This document shows positions 1 through 9,994 of a stretch of 64,000 bases of DNA, piece by piece; the first letter of the stretch is position 1; every line of letters begins with the position of its first letter. Location of the stretch: positions 39,044 through 103,043 of the IMG/VR virus record IMGVR_UViG_3300012173_000004, one strand, 5' to 3'. A model generated the notes under the pieces. That model did no database searches. It saw nothing but the letters and a program-made list of their open reading frames with translations, and was not told the DNA's origin. Origin of the DNA: a virus. Lineage: Duplodnaviria > Caudoviricetes. Made by a program: the position numbers and the translations under genes.

Positions 1-160
1 GTTGTCAGTTACGAAAGCGCATACTTTATGCTGTGGATCGTCTTGGTTGGTGGGCTGCGGCTCGTATGATACTGAAAACTGTTATGGGCAAGTCTTTAAA
101 TGCAAAAGAACGTGGGCTGGTGCAGGGCCTGTGGTCCTAGGCTAAAATAAGGATTCAGCT

Positions 161-1906
161 ATGGCATTACCAAATCTACATTTTTATACTACGGCAGGTC
201 TGACATTGTCTTCTCTGGACTTTGGTACGCTTGCCGCAGGATCTGAAACGGATCCACTACAGTTCTATCTCTGGAACAATAAAAACAGTACGGGTCTCTT
301 TGTTGATGATGCTCCTACGCCTCGTATCAGCGTATTGGACTCTCTTAATAGCAAGGCCGCTGATTTTATCACCCAGGGCTGGGTCCTTGCCCGCTCATCA
401 GGTACCACTAATCCTGATGGTATTTTAAGTTTCTTTGATGACCAGCAAGCAGTTTATACACCAATTACGGACATCCAAGACTTACAGGTTGGTGCTATTC
501 CAAATAACTGCGGTCGTTCCATTTATTTAAAGGTACGAGTACCTGCTGATGCACCAACACAATCAAACTTGCAGATTCAGGTAGTGGGTGGTAATGCTCC
601 TAACGTTCAGCCCCTTCCCTACTTTTTTAATCGTGCATTTGGCGACGGCGTTGTACAAGAAGCAGTAGCAGATGCTTTTACTCCTTATTACTTGACTCAG
701 ATTGGTACTTACAGCATAGCTGTGTTGCTATCAGGTGCCTATGTTGGTTTAGCGCCTATTCGTGATTATCAGGTACAAGTTGTAACTGCTGGGACGCCAG
801 GCGCCGCGACTTACAAGGTATCTAGTGATAACGGCAATACTTTCTCATCCACACTAACATCAGCCACGACAGGTTTTACAAATCTTGTCACTTCAGCAGG
901 ACTTACTGAAGGCTTGCAGCTAACTTGGGTAGGCGGCCGTTTGGCGTCAGGTGACAAATGGAATGTGCATGTTGATACCAGACCTTTCCGAGTCATTGGT
1001 GGTGCATCCAATTCCTTGACCGGTTACGTTGGAAGTGGTAATGCGCTCATTGCAAATAACAGGGTGTATCATACCAAGCCCACTACTTTTTTGAGCTTAA
1101 CAGCTTCAACACGTACATTTTTGTTCTTAGGCGTAGACGGTAGTTTTACGACCACTGTCACTAATTATAATGCTCAAGCTGGCAAGTTATTAATGGGTTG
1201 GTGGGATACCAATACTCTTGGTGTTACTAACTTTGGTAATCTTTTTAATTATGTTAGTCTGGGCCAAGATGCTTTTGATGATTTCTTGCCTATGTGGTCT
1301 TTGATCAATGGCCGCAATTGGTATTATTTTCAAGGCCGTTTTAAGAAATTCAATCAAACAGTTTACCTACCTAGTCTTACTTCACTGATTGGTAGTTTGA
1401 CCTTGACCGCAGGGATTACAAATTACTTGTATGTAGAACCCTTGAGTGAAGCTGTTGTAACTGCTCCCGGGGATTTCCCACCAGATGCTATTCCGTTGTT
1501 TGAAATAGGCGTGGGTACCAATTTCATCAATGGCGTTATTGATCGTAGAGCTCGAGTAGGATTGGTGGCGCCATCATTAAGAATGCAAGCATCTCTGACC
1601 ACAAGTTCTGTAAATGCTAATGCCACTTCATCTTTTGATTTAACAGGCTTTGTTAATAGGGCTTTGGTCCGTAAGTTAATTGTCGATGTTAGTGGCGGCG
1701 GTACTGGACACACTGTTTCAATTTACACTAACGCTGCAAAAAATGTATTGGAATACCAGGCTGGCGGTTTGTTAGATCCATTCACAGATTCTTTCCCGTG
1801 GTTCCATGAAGACACAGATAACACCAAACAGTTGCATGTAACTATTATGAATGGAGCTACAGCACAAACATTTAATTTTCAGTTTGATTTGGAAAGGTTT
1901 GCATAG
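161..1906 (+). CDS. putative virion structural/tail-associated protein
   Basis: 581 aa, T/G/S-rich, beta-strand-like composition; lies among similar ORFs upstream of the endolysin. Confidence 0.55.
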   Translation: MALPNLHFYTTAGLTLSSLDFGTLAAGSETDPLQFYLWNNKNSTGLFVDDAPTPRISVLDSLNSKAADFITQGWVLARSSGTTNPDGILSFFDDQQAVYTPITDIQDLQVGAIPNNCGRSIYLKVRVPADAPTQSNLQIQVVGGNAPNVQPLPYFFNRAFGDGVVQEAVADAFTPYYLTQIGTYSIAVLLSGAYVGLAPIRDYQVQVVTAGTPGAATYKVSSDNGNTFSSTLTSATTGFTNLVTSAGLTEGLQLTWVGGRLASGDKWNVHVDTRPFRVIGGASNSLTGYVGSGNALIANNRVYHTKPTTFLSLTASTRTFLFLGVDGSFTTTVTNYNAQAGKLLMGWWDTNTLGVTNFGNLFNYVSLGQDAFDDFLPMWSLINGRNWYYFQGRFKKFNQTVYLPSLTSLIGSLTLTAGITNYLYVEPLSEAVVTAPGDFPPDAIPLFEIGVGTNFINGVIDRRARVGLVAPSLRMQASLTTSSVNANATSSFDLTGFVNRALVRKLIVDVSGGGTGHTVSIYTNAAKNVLEYQAGGLLDPFTDSFPWFHEDTDNTKQLHVTIMNGATAQTFNFQFDLERFA

Positions 1907-2646
1907 TGGCCTTTCCTGTTATAGCAGCAACTAATACTTCATCCCATACTAGTAACACTACTAGCCACACTATAAATTTACCCTCTGGTATCGTTTCAGG
2001 TAATTTGCTGATTGTATTTTTTACTTGCGGACCCCCTAATAATGGTGACGTGACTATTACCTGGCCTGCAGGTTGGAACATACTCTCTGAAACATTTTTA
2101 GCTGGATCATTAGGTCATAAGCAATCAACTTATTATCGCCGTGCTGATGGTAGTGAGGGTTCTACTATTACAATAACTACTTCTGCTCTTCGTGTATCAG
2201 CGCATGGTTCTTACCGCATTACCGGGCACCATGCAACTCGTAATCCTGAAGCAGGTGTGGCAGCCACAGGATCAAGTACCAGTGCTAACCCACCGTCATT
2301 AAATCCTTCAGCGTGGGGAACTGAAGATACTTTATGGGCCGCATTCGGTTCAGCGGAATCTGGCGCAGCTCAATTTTCAGGTTTTCCTAGTGGTTATACA
2401 TTAAACCAGCTTTCAGTTTCAGGTAATAATGTCCAGTTGGGTGCCGCGGCAAAGCAGTCACGGGTAGAATCAGAAGATCCTGGAACTTTTACTAATCCAA
2501 ATGCACCGTGGATTGCCCAGACATTTGCCGTACCTCCTGCACCGGATGATACTGGTACTCGTACCCATCCCGTGCAACAGGCAGCTCGTATATTTCCTAA
2601 TCCGCCAGCGGAAAGAACTTTTCCAAAGGTACCTACTTTAGTTTAG
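1906..2646 (+). CDS. putative tail fibre/virion appendage protein
   Basis: S/T/G/A-rich; 'TINLPSGIVSGNLLIVF..TWPAGW..YYRRADGSEG' pattern typical of phage appendage domains; coupled to previous ORF. Confidence 0.55.
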   Translation: MAFPVIAATNTSSHTSNTTSHTINLPSGIVSGNLLIVFFTCGPPNNGDVTITWPAGWNILSETFLAGSLGHKQSTYYRRADGSEGSTITITTSALRVSAHGSYRITGHHATRNPEAGVAATGSSTSANPPSLNPSAWGTEDTLWAAFGSAESGAAQFSGFPSGYTLNQLSVSGNNVQLGAAAKQSRVESEDPGTFTNPNAPWIAQTFAVPPAPDDTGTRTHPVQQAARIFPNPPAERTFPKVPTLV

Positions 2647-2659
2647 AGGTAAGGCATTT

Positions 2660-2977
2660 ATGACTAAGATTAAACAAAAAGGTAAGTGGTATGATTTAAG
2701 TGGTCATCCTTTAGTTGCTTCATTGTTGTCAAATGTAGCGGTACTTGGTGCTCTCGGTGGAAGTGTTTGGGCTCTTGGTGATCGTCCTCCTTGGGCAGGC
2801 ATTCAACGTGTCAGTAATATAGAACAGGCAAATATGTTAACTCGTTATAGTCAGGTTCTAGAAGCCATAACGAAATTGAAAAATAAGAAAAGAACTTCAG
2901 AGGAGCAGCAGTGGTATAATAGTTTGCTTCTTGAACAAAAAATCTTAGCTTGTCAATTGAAACTGGAGAAATGTTAA
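2660..2977 (+). CDS. small membrane protein upstream of endolysin (possible lysis accessory)
   Basis: One hydrophobic segment followed by a helical tail; overlaps endolysin start. Confidence 0.4.
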   Translation: MTKIKQKGKWYDLSGHPLVASLLSNVAVLGALGGSVWALGDRPPWAGIQRVSNIEQANMLTRYSQVLEAITKLKNKKRTSEEQQWYNSLLLEQKILACQLKLEKC

Positions 2978-3516
2978 TGGCTTATTCTCAAATCTTCGAA
3001 CGCGTTATTAAACATCATTTTCTTGTTGAGGGTGGAGAAGTTGATAATCCCTATGATCCCGGTGGTTATACTAAGTATGGAATTGCACAACGTTATAATT
3101 CTGATGTTGATGTTCGTGGTTTGACAGAGGAAACTGCCAAGGCCTTGTATTACGAGCGTTACTGGAAACCTCTTGGATTGGATGCTATTTCAGATGAAAG
3201 AGTGGCTGCTGAGATGTTTGACCAGGGCGCCGGTCCCAATGGCATTTCAGTTGCTATTAAAATAGCGCAAGGCGCTCTTAACTTATTGCGCGTTTCTGTT
3301 AAAGTAGACGGTGCAATGGGTCCGATAACCGCAGCGGCCTTGAATGGGTATCCTCATATTGATGCCTTAGTCAAATTAATGAATTGTCTGCAGTTCACTC
3401 ATTTCTTAGTTGGTAGTGCAAATGTCGAAGAAGTTATTCAGATGGCTCGAGAGCGTTTGCCTCAACTAAAAGAGTTTATGCGTGGCTGGCTGAAGCGTAT
3501 TGACGCTAGCACGTGA
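2977..3516 (+). CDS. endolysin, glycosyl hydrolase family 108
   Basis: EGGEVDNPYDPGGYTKYGI GH108 motif, VDGAMGPIT, C-terminal 'RGWLKR'; ATG at 2977. Confidence 0.88.
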   Translation: MAYSQIFERVIKHHFLVEGGEVDNPYDPGGYTKYGIAQRYNSDVDVRGLTEETAKALYYERYWKPLGLDAISDERVAAEMFDQGAGPNGISVAIKIAQGALNLLRVSVKVDGAMGPITAAALNGYPHIDALVKLMNCLQFTHFLVGSANVEEVIQMARERLPQLKEFMRGWLKRIDAST

Positions 3517-3607
3517 TTGTTCTTGGTGCTTACCCTAATATGGTAAAGCATGCTGTCAGTTTCATTAACCTCACAAAACATCAGAGTATTATTAAAAGGG
3601 GAAATTC

Positions 3608-4852
3608 ATGGGTACAAAATGGACTACTAACGAAATTGCTTTGCTTCGTAAACATTACAGCATACGTGGTCCAAAAGGTCTACAAGAACTCTTGCCTGGT
3701 CGCACAGCTGCAGCCATTGAAAATCAGGCCGGTTCGTTGGGTTTATATTTTGAAGCCTCTCACAAGACCAATACAATAACTGCAGCAGCAGCCCTTACCC
3801 AAGAAGAAATCGATAACGTAGCCAAGCAAAAGATTCTTAAGTTTTTAGGTGGTGGCAAGCATAAGGGTCTTATTGATGTTTGTAACCACCTTGATAAGTC
3901 TCCTGCCGCAATTCAGAAGTATCTCACTGAACTCAAAAAAGAACATTATAATATTAGTCTTAAACCCGAAGGTGTTTCGTTGGCGTCCGACCCCCTACAG
4001 GGTGGCAAACAGGTTATTGATGTTGAAAAGTACTTCGGCAGCAGTCGTGAAGTTACTTTTGGTGTCATCAGTGACATGCATTATGGCAACGTCCATAGTC
4101 GTGAAGAGCTCATCAAGCTCCAGTATGAAATCTTTAAACGTGAAGGCGTTGAGATTGTCTTTGAATGCGGCAACATGATTGATGGTGAGCTACATCTCAA
4201 TCGTTATGAACTTGTTGCTAGTGGCATTGATGGGCAAGTTAACTATTTAGTCAATCATGCTCCGCGGGTTGACGGTGTCACCACGTATTTCATTACGGGT
4301 GACGATCATGAAGGTTGGTTGGCCCATAACGTAGGAATCAACATTGGTGCGCATATTCAAGATTCTTTTGAGCGGGCTGGTCGCACTGATTGGAAGTATC
4401 TGGGATTTCTTGAAGCCGATGTTGAATTTAAGACCAGAGAGGGTGGCGCATGCGTTCGGTTAGCCCATCCAGGTGGCGGGACGGCCTATGCTCTCAGCTA
4501 TACCCTACAGAAGATAGTTGAGTCCCTACAGGGAGGCGAAAAACCGCACGTATACCTTTCTGGTCATTACCACAAGATGGGGTACTGGATGGTTCGTAAC
4601 ATTCACACCTTCTTGGTTGGTTGCATGGAAGATCAGACGACTTTCATGCGTAAGAAACACATTGAAGCTCATCTTGGCGCTTACATTGTACGCATGACTT
4701 TGGCGCCGAACGGTACGATTTTAAAGATTCTCCCAGAGGCCTTTCCATACTTCGATAAGAAGGTTTATCAGGTCAATGGTGATTATAATATGCCTGGCTT
4801 GGAAGTAGTCGAGGCAAAAAAGAAAAAACCAGCACCTGTTAAAACGTTCTAA
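3608..4852 (+). CDS. calcineurin-like metallophosphoesterase with N-terminal Myb/HTH-like region
   Basis: SDMHYG, GNMIDG, GDDHE, SGHYH motifs; N-terminus WTTNEIALL..LPGRTAAAIE. Confidence 0.8.
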   Translation: MGTKWTTNEIALLRKHYSIRGPKGLQELLPGRTAAAIENQAGSLGLYFEASHKTNTITAAAALTQEEIDNVAKQKILKFLGGGKHKGLIDVCNHLDKSPAAIQKYLTELKKEHYNISLKPEGVSLASDPLQGGKQVIDVEKYFGSSREVTFGVISDMHYGNVHSREELIKLQYEIFKREGVEIVFECGNMIDGELHLNRYELVASGIDGQVNYLVNHAPRVDGVTTYFITGDDHEGWLAHNVGINIGAHIQDSFERAGRTDWKYLGFLEADVEFKTREGGACVRLAHPGGGTAYALSYTLQKIVESLQGGEKPHVYLSGHYHKMGYWMVRNIHTFLVGCMEDQTTFMRKKHIEAHLGAYIVRMTLAPNGTILKILPEAFPYFDKKVYQVNGDYNMPGLEVVEAKKKKPAPVKTF

Positions 4853-4868
4853 GTGGTGGAGGGGTCAG

Positions 4869-6482
4869 ATGTCGCAATTTTCGGATTTGATCTTTAAGCG
4901 TACCTATGCTTTTACTGAAGACGAAACGTGGGAGCAATGCGCTAGGCGGGTATCACATTTCGTTGCCCAAGCAGCGCCACAAGAATGGGCAAAAAGCGAG
5001 CTAGAATATCTTTTCTACAAGGTAATTTCCACCAAAAAGTTCATTCCCGGTGGAAGGTACCTTTATTCAGCCGGCCGTAAGATTCCCCAGTTAAATAACT
5101 GTTTCTTGTTGCGAGCTGAAGATAGTCGTGAAGGTTGGGGTCGTTTAGTTGATCGCCATGTTAACGGCTTGGCAACTGGTGGTGGCTGTGGCACCGAGTA
5201 TTCACAGATACGTGAGAACGGTGCACCCATCAAGGGTTACGGTGGCACAGCTTCAGGTCCCATATCATTGATGGCGATGGTTAATGAAGTCGCCAGGCAT
5301 GTACTTGCAGGTGGAAAGAGACGTTCTGCTCTATGGGCAGGTCTCAATTGGCAGCATCCTGATATTGAAGCTTTTATTTCAGTTAAGAACTGGTCAACTC
5401 AGATGCGTGCCTGTAAAGAGGCAGATTTTAATTTTCCAGCGCCTCTTGACATGACGAATATTTCAGTGGGTTTAGATGACGACTTTTTTGCGGAAGTGCA
5501 TAAGAATCCCAAGGTATGGGATCTCTATTACCGCATCTGCAAATCAATGTGTAAGACTGGCGAGCCAGGGTTCTCTGTTAATTTAGGGAACAGGCGCAAT
5601 GAAACGCTTCGCAATGCATGTACAGAAGTCACGAGTGAATTCGACTCAGATACATGTAACCTTGGCTCCGTCAATCTCAGTCGTATTAGTGATCTTGAAG
5701 AATTAAAAACTGTGACTGCCATTGGTGTGCAGTTTTTGTATTGTGGTACTTTTTTGAGCTGGCTGCCACATCAGGACTTTGTCAATGTTCGTAATAAGCT
5801 TCGGCGTATTGGTATTGGCTTAATGGGCGTGCATGAGTGGTGCTTGAAGAATGATTTACCCTATGCCCCTAGTGATAAGCTGGACCGTTGGCTATTTGAA
5901 TGGCGAGATGCCTCCGCTGAGCAGGCAGCAAATATGGGTCACATTTTTGGATCAGACACCATCCAGCCAATTGCTGTGCGAGCTATTGCACCTACAGGTA
6001 CTATTGGCATCATTGGTGAGACAACCACTGGCATCGAACCTATTTTCTGTGTTGCCTATAAGCGTCGCTTCCTCAATGGTGCAGACGGCAAATGGAAATA
6101 TTCTTACGTCGTTGATCCTACAGCTGAGCGCTTGATACAACAAGGTATCAAGCCAGATGCCATTGAAGATGCTTATGAGCTAGCCCATGACGTTGAACGC
6201 CGCCTTAAAATGCAAGCATTCGTTCAACAATACGTTGATCAGGGCATTTCTTCAACCATCAATATGCCAGCTTGGGGTGAACCTGGTAACAATAATGCCA
6301 AACATTTTGCACAGACTTTATTGAAGTATCTCCCCCAATTGAGAGGTATTACTGTTTATCCTGAAGGTGCTCGTGCGGGCCAGCCTATCACACCCATGAG
6401 TTATGAGGAAGCTATAAAACATAAGGGTGTTGTGTTTGAAGAATCTGGTGATCGCTGTATTGGTGGAACTTGCGGTGTTTGA
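4869..6482 (+). CDS. nrdJ: class II (B12-dependent) ribonucleotide reductase
   Basis: FIPGGR, LNNCF, RRSA, GEPG, NACTE, CNLGS, IAPTGT, TTGIEP, ISSTIN and C-terminal CxxGxC; no small subunit nearby. Confidence 0.9.
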   Translation: MSQFSDLIFKRTYAFTEDETWEQCARRVSHFVAQAAPQEWAKSELEYLFYKVISTKKFIPGGRYLYSAGRKIPQLNNCFLLRAEDSREGWGRLVDRHVNGLATGGGCGTEYSQIRENGAPIKGYGGTASGPISLMAMVNEVARHVLAGGKRRSALWAGLNWQHPDIEAFISVKNWSTQMRACKEADFNFPAPLDMTNISVGLDDDFFAEVHKNPKVWDLYYRICKSMCKTGEPGFSVNLGNRRNETLRNACTEVTSEFDSDTCNLGSVNLSRISDLEELKTVTAIGVQFLYCGTFLSWLPHQDFVNVRNKLRRIGIGLMGVHEWCLKNDLPYAPSDKLDRWLFEWRDASAEQAANMGHIFGSDTIQPIAVRAIAPTGTIGIIGETTTGIEPIFCVAYKRRFLNGADGKWKYSYVVDPTAERLIQQGIKPDAIEDAYELAHDVERRLKMQAFVQQYVDQGISSTINMPAWGEPGNNNAKHFAQTLLKYLPQLRGITVYPEGARAGQPITPMSYEEAIKHKGVVFEESGDRCIGGTCGV

Positions 6483-6483
6483 C

Positions 6484-6738
6484 ATGAACCGTCGCGAAAA
6501 ACCAAATGCCAAGCTCGGTAAGATTACACAGGTGGATGAAGGTGTTGCATTAAGGTATCACAGGCGCAAAGACGGTAGCGTGGTTATGCACACCATCTGT
6601 TGTGACTGTTGCTTAGTCCATCTTGAACAATACATTGTAAATAAAAATTATATCTCCGTTAAGGTTTGGAGAGTGGATAATGCTACCCGAAAGCTCAGAA
6701 CCAAATTTAAACGTCAAGTGCTACGAGATCAATCATGA
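6484..6738 (+). CDS. hypothetical protein with CCDC..H motif
   Basis: ATG at 6484 directly after nrdJ; CCDCCLVH. Confidence 0.5.
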   Translation: MNRREKPNAKLGKITQVDEGVALRYHRRKDGSVVMHTICCDCCLVHLEQYIVNKNYISVKVWRVDNATRKLRTKFKRQVLRDQS

Positions 6739-7192
6739 AGCTTTGTATCATGATTTGATGCTGTTCGCAGACTATGTTCGTTTAACGTACAAGGAGAAGC
6801 CTCGCTTATTTGGCGTACCCCGTGGAGGCTTAATAATAGCTGGCCACTTGGCACATATCCTTGACATCAAAGAAATTCTTGCCTGTCCAGTTTCACTCAT
6901 GCCTTTGATGCGAAATCTTATGAAACCGACAGATCTAATTGTTGAAGATATCTATGATTCAGGTAAAACGTACCGTGAGATACGTGAATATGTGTGGCCT
7001 GAAGTACGTGTTGTGTCCCTTTATTGTAAGCGGGATTATCCTGAAGATTGTGAGGGCCAATCTCAATTTATAAGGTCACTTGACGTCGCACCTGATACCT
7101 TTGTATTATTTCCATGGGAGAAGATGGCTTATGAGTACTATGAAAAGTTTAAGCACAACAGGTTTGTCCAAGGTTGGTGGGCACAAAGCTGA
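6680..7192 (+). CDS. type I phosphoribosyltransferase (Gpt/Hpt-like)
   Basis: GVPRGGL, PRPP-binding LIVEDIYDSGKT, C-terminal FPWE. Confidence 0.85.
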   Translation: MLPESSEPNLNVKCYEINHEALYHDLMLFADYVRLTYKEKPRLFGVPRGGLIIAGHLAHILDIKEILACPVSLMPLMRNLMKPTDLIVEDIYDSGKTYREIREYVWPEVRVVSLYCKRDYPEDCEGQSQFIRSLDVAPDTFVLFPWEKMAYEYYEKFKHNRFVQGWWAQS

Positions 7193-7604
7193 TGGTGGCA
7201 AATTAGACTTTTCGCTACTACCTACTGTTTTATGGCATCTTGTTCAAGTTTATACTTTAGGCGCTATCAAGTATGGTCGAGGTAATTACAAGAAAGGAAT
7301 GAAGTTTAGCAGGATCTTCGCGGCTACATGTCGTCACTTATTTCGCTGGTGGTGGTTTCGTGAAAAGTTAGATCCTATCGATGGCCAGCATCATTTAGCT
7401 TCAGCTGCCTGGGGTTGTTTAACATTGATGGAATACGAAATCATACACCCTGATAAAGATGATCGTGTTAACGGACCAGCTGATGAACTAATAACACTGT
7501 TTCCTGAAAAGGGCATTGATTACTTGGCTATGATTGACGTTAAGGGCTGGGAAGATGACGTACCTATAAAGGTAAAGCTAAAAAGTAAGAAGAGGAAGAA
7601 GTAA
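7131..7604 (+). CDS. dATP/dGTP diphosphohydrolase (DUF5664 family)
   Basis: K.DGGKLDFSLLP..GAIKYGRGNY.KG..RH..D..GQHHLA.AAW; start at ATG 7131 after GGGAG. Confidence 0.8.
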   Translation: MSTMKSLSTTGLSKVGGHKADGGKLDFSLLPTVLWHLVQVYTLGAIKYGRGNYKKGMKFSRIFAATCRHLFRWWWFREKLDPIDGQHHLASAAWGCLTLMEYEIIHPDKDDRVNGPADELITLFPEKGIDYLAMIDVKGWEDDVPIKVKLKSKKRKK

Positions 7605-7930
7605 TGGAACGTAAGGAAGTTTTTGAACTGATTGATGGCGAACGCACCTACCAGGAAAGATTGTGGAACGGTTCCACAACAGTTTTGGGTAATGAACACA
7701 GGAACAAGCATTCTCTTGAGGAATGGTTCTTGTATATTGAAGATTATGTCAGTGAAGCAAAACACATTTTATCACGAATTGCTTCGCCTGACTGTGATCG
7801 TGAGGCTTCTTCAATTATGCGCAAGGTGGCAGCCTTGGCAGTTGTTGCACTTGAACAACATGGCGCAGAATCCCGAGGTCTTCCAGTGCCTGAAATAATT
7901 AAGGCCCATGGTATAGCAGAGATGAAATGA
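7604..7930 (+). CDS. hypothetical protein, MazG-like all-alpha fold possible
   Basis: 'IDGERTYQ..W..EWF.YIEDY..RKVAALAV.ALEQHG' pattern; nucleotide-metabolism context. Confidence 0.45.
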   Translation: MERKEVFELIDGERTYQERLWNGSTTVLGNEHRNKHSLEEWFLYIEDYVSEAKHILSRIASPDCDREASSIMRKVAALAVVALEQHGAESRGLPVPEIIKAHGIAEMK

Positions 7931-8066
7931 TGATTGATTAGATGCTATTTGAATGTGAAATATTTAACTGTTTCTGGCATGATCCCCGTTTCTGGGTAGC
8001 TTCAGGTCCAGCAATATTTGGTATGTTTTTGTTTCTAATCATGGCAGTAAAAAGGAGATTGTGGTA

Positions 8067-8558
8067 ATGACACGTACTAAGGAATGGTGGGATAATTGGT
8101 TCTTACAGCTGGCGGCTTTTTACTCCACCGCTTCAAAAGATCCTAGCACGAAAGTAGGTGCTGTACTCGTTGAATCTAGAACTAATTTGGTGTTAGGTCT
8201 AGGCTACAACGGTTTTCCACGAGGTGTACAAGATACACAAGAACGTCTAGAAAATCGTGAACTCAAATATAAACTTGTTGTGCATGCTGAGGTTAATGCC
8301 ATATTAATGGCCGGTAACCGTGCCAGGGGTGGTCGCCTTTACGTTTATCCTAGTTTCATGCTCCCACCCATTTGCAATGAGTGTTGCAAGGTGGCCATTC
8401 AAGCTGGCATCTCAGAAATTGTTGGCTTCATGGTTGATGAGCAGGATGCTCGTGCCTTGCGGTGGAAAGATTCTATTTTGATTTCAAGAATGATGTGTGA
8501 TGAAGCTGGCATAGCTTACCGTGGAATTCCATTACAGGAAATAGGTCATGGTGGATAA
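8067..8558 (+). CDS. dCMP deaminase
   Basis: SKDPSTKVGA, GYNGFPRG, HAEVNA, PICNEC. Confidence 0.92.
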   Translation: MTRTKEWWDNWFLQLAAFYSTASKDPSTKVGAVLVESRTNLVLGLGYNGFPRGVQDTQERLENRELKYKLVVHAEVNAILMAGNRARGGRLYVYPSFMLPPICNECCKVAIQAGISEIVGFMVDEQDARALRWKDSILISRMMCDEAGIAYRGIPLQEIGHGG

Positions 8559-8940
8559 TCGTAATACCTTCCCTCAGTGGATTGCTGTTGATCTAGACGG
8601 AACATTGGCATATTACGATAGCAATCGAGGCCTTAGTCTTGATTATATTGGTCCACCTATTACGTCAATGCTTGTAAGAGTTCTTGGTTGGTTAAGAGAA
8701 GGAAAAACAGTCAAGATCTTCACCGCCAGAGCTGCTATGCCAGAACAAATAGCATTAATACACTCGTGGTGTAAAATTAATCTTGGCGTCGAACTAGAAG
8801 TTACTAATGCTAAAGATCCAGGTATGATAACGATGTACGATGATCGTTGTGTACTCGTCGAACATAATACAGGTAAGATCCTGGCATTCCCCAGCATTAT
8901 GCACATAGACACTGACGCTTGTAAAACTACAGGTGATTGA
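8548..8940 (+). CDS. HAD-family phosphatase (PNKP phosphatase-like)
   Basis: DLDGTLA, IFTAR, K..YDDR motifs. Confidence 0.8.
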   Translation: MVDNRNTFPQWIAVDLDGTLAYYDSNRGLSLDYIGPPITSMLVRVLGWLREGKTVKIFTARAAMPEQIALIHSWCKINLGVELEVTNAKDPGMITMYDDRCVLVEHNTGKILAFPSIMHIDTDACKTTGD

Positions 8941-8944
8941 TAGC

Positions 8945-8973
8945 TTGCTACCTTTTAGTGTAAGTTATATAAT
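8945..8973 (+). promoter_or_regulatory. sigma70-type promoter
   Basis: TTGCTA-17 bp-TATAAT, followed by AGGAGG and ATG 9003. Confidence 0.75.
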
Positions 8974-9002
8974 TAACCCATTAACCTAGGAGGACTCGTT
9001 CC

Positions 9003-9470
9003 ATGAAAAAGTACTTAAGTATTGTTTTTGCTGCTCTTTTTGTTTTCGTGTTCACAGGCTGCGGTGCTGTCTCAGCTGTAAAACAGCAAGTCGTCGACAA
9101 AGTGGTCACCCATGTCGACGAAGATCTAACTCAAGTTAGCCAAATCGCTGCTATCGCTGACAAACAGGATGTCAAGCAGTGTTCTGATTGGTTGCAAGTT
9201 ACCGTTGGTAGTTTAAAATCGAATACTGAACTCGCTGATAAGCTCGACGCTATCGACACTTCCGGTAATTTGATGGCCAGCGCTTTCAAAGATTATTTGA
9301 TAGCTGAAGCCAGTAGAAACGCTGGTCAGGGTCTTATGGAAGAGGTTAAGAAAAACTTTGCCTCGAAGTGTGGCCAAGTCCAAACTCAATTGACAATAAA
9401 CTTTTTACGTAAGGCTGCCAAAGTCGGTGCTGCTAGTCGTGGTAATGTCGGTGCTCTTTTGACGCCGTAG
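9003..9470 (+). CDS. lipoprotein
   Basis: MKK + hydrophobic core + FTGC lipobox. Confidence 0.75.
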   Translation: MKKYLSIVFAALFVFVFTGCGAVSAVKQQVVDKVVTHVDEDLTQVSQIAAIADKQDVKQCSDWLQVTVGSLKSNTELADKLDAIDTSGNLMASAFKDYLIAEASRNAGQGLMEEVKKNFASKCGQVQTQLTINFLRKAAKVGAASRGNVGALLTP

Positions 9471-9497
9471 TCAAACACGCTTTTTACTGTTATACTT

Positions 9498-9533
9498 AAG
9501 GGACCTTGAGACATTGCCCAAGGTCCCTTTTTT
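9498..9533 (+). terminator. Rho-independent terminator
   Basis: AAGGGACCTTG/CAAGGTCCCTT stem followed by T-run. Confidence 0.85.
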
Positions 9534-9548
9534 GTTGTAAGGTAAATT

Positions 9549-9986
9549 ATGAGCGTACCCGCAGCTGGCGAATCATTACCCATTGATGTCAACTACCGTA
9601 GTGGTGTTGGTGGTGTCGAAGCAGAAGACGGCGAACGTGTAAGAAATTTACGTATTCGCCGAAACAGTGATCGTTTGCTTGTTGAGTCTGGTCCTGCTGC
9701 AACTAGCTTATTACCTAGTGAAATTCTTATCGATGAATCGGGTACAGGTTTGACATTCGCCACTGCTTTAAAGTGGTTAGCAGTGGCGAATGATGATCTT
9801 ACAGACTCAGTCTGGGTACGTTTGGATTCCTTGGTAGGTTCTACTGTATCTGCAACGTCTTTTAAAGTAGGGCCTCAAGAACTGTTTGATTTGGACGTAG
9901 ATCGTATTAAAAGTGGGATAACTTCGATCTCATTGAAAACTTTAACAGGTACTGTCGCCACTTGCCGAGTTATGACAGGACTTTAG
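9549..9986 (+). CDS. putative virion protein
   Basis: Beta-rich ORF heading the structural-like cluster. Confidence 0.45.
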   Translation: MSVPAAGESLPIDVNYRSGVGGVEAEDGERVRNLRIRRNSDRLLVESGPAATSLLPSEILIDESGTGLTFATALKWLAVANDDLTDSVWVRLDSLVGSTVSATSFKVGPQELFDLDVDRIKSGITSISLKTLTGTVATCRVMTGL

Positions 9987-9994
9987 GAGACAAG

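Noticed and set aside
7131-7604. Z-genome (2-aminoadenine) system
   Set aside because: No PurZ/adenylosuccinate-synthetase-like ORF in the window; the que genes point to guanine modification. It cannot be excluded for the rest of the genome.
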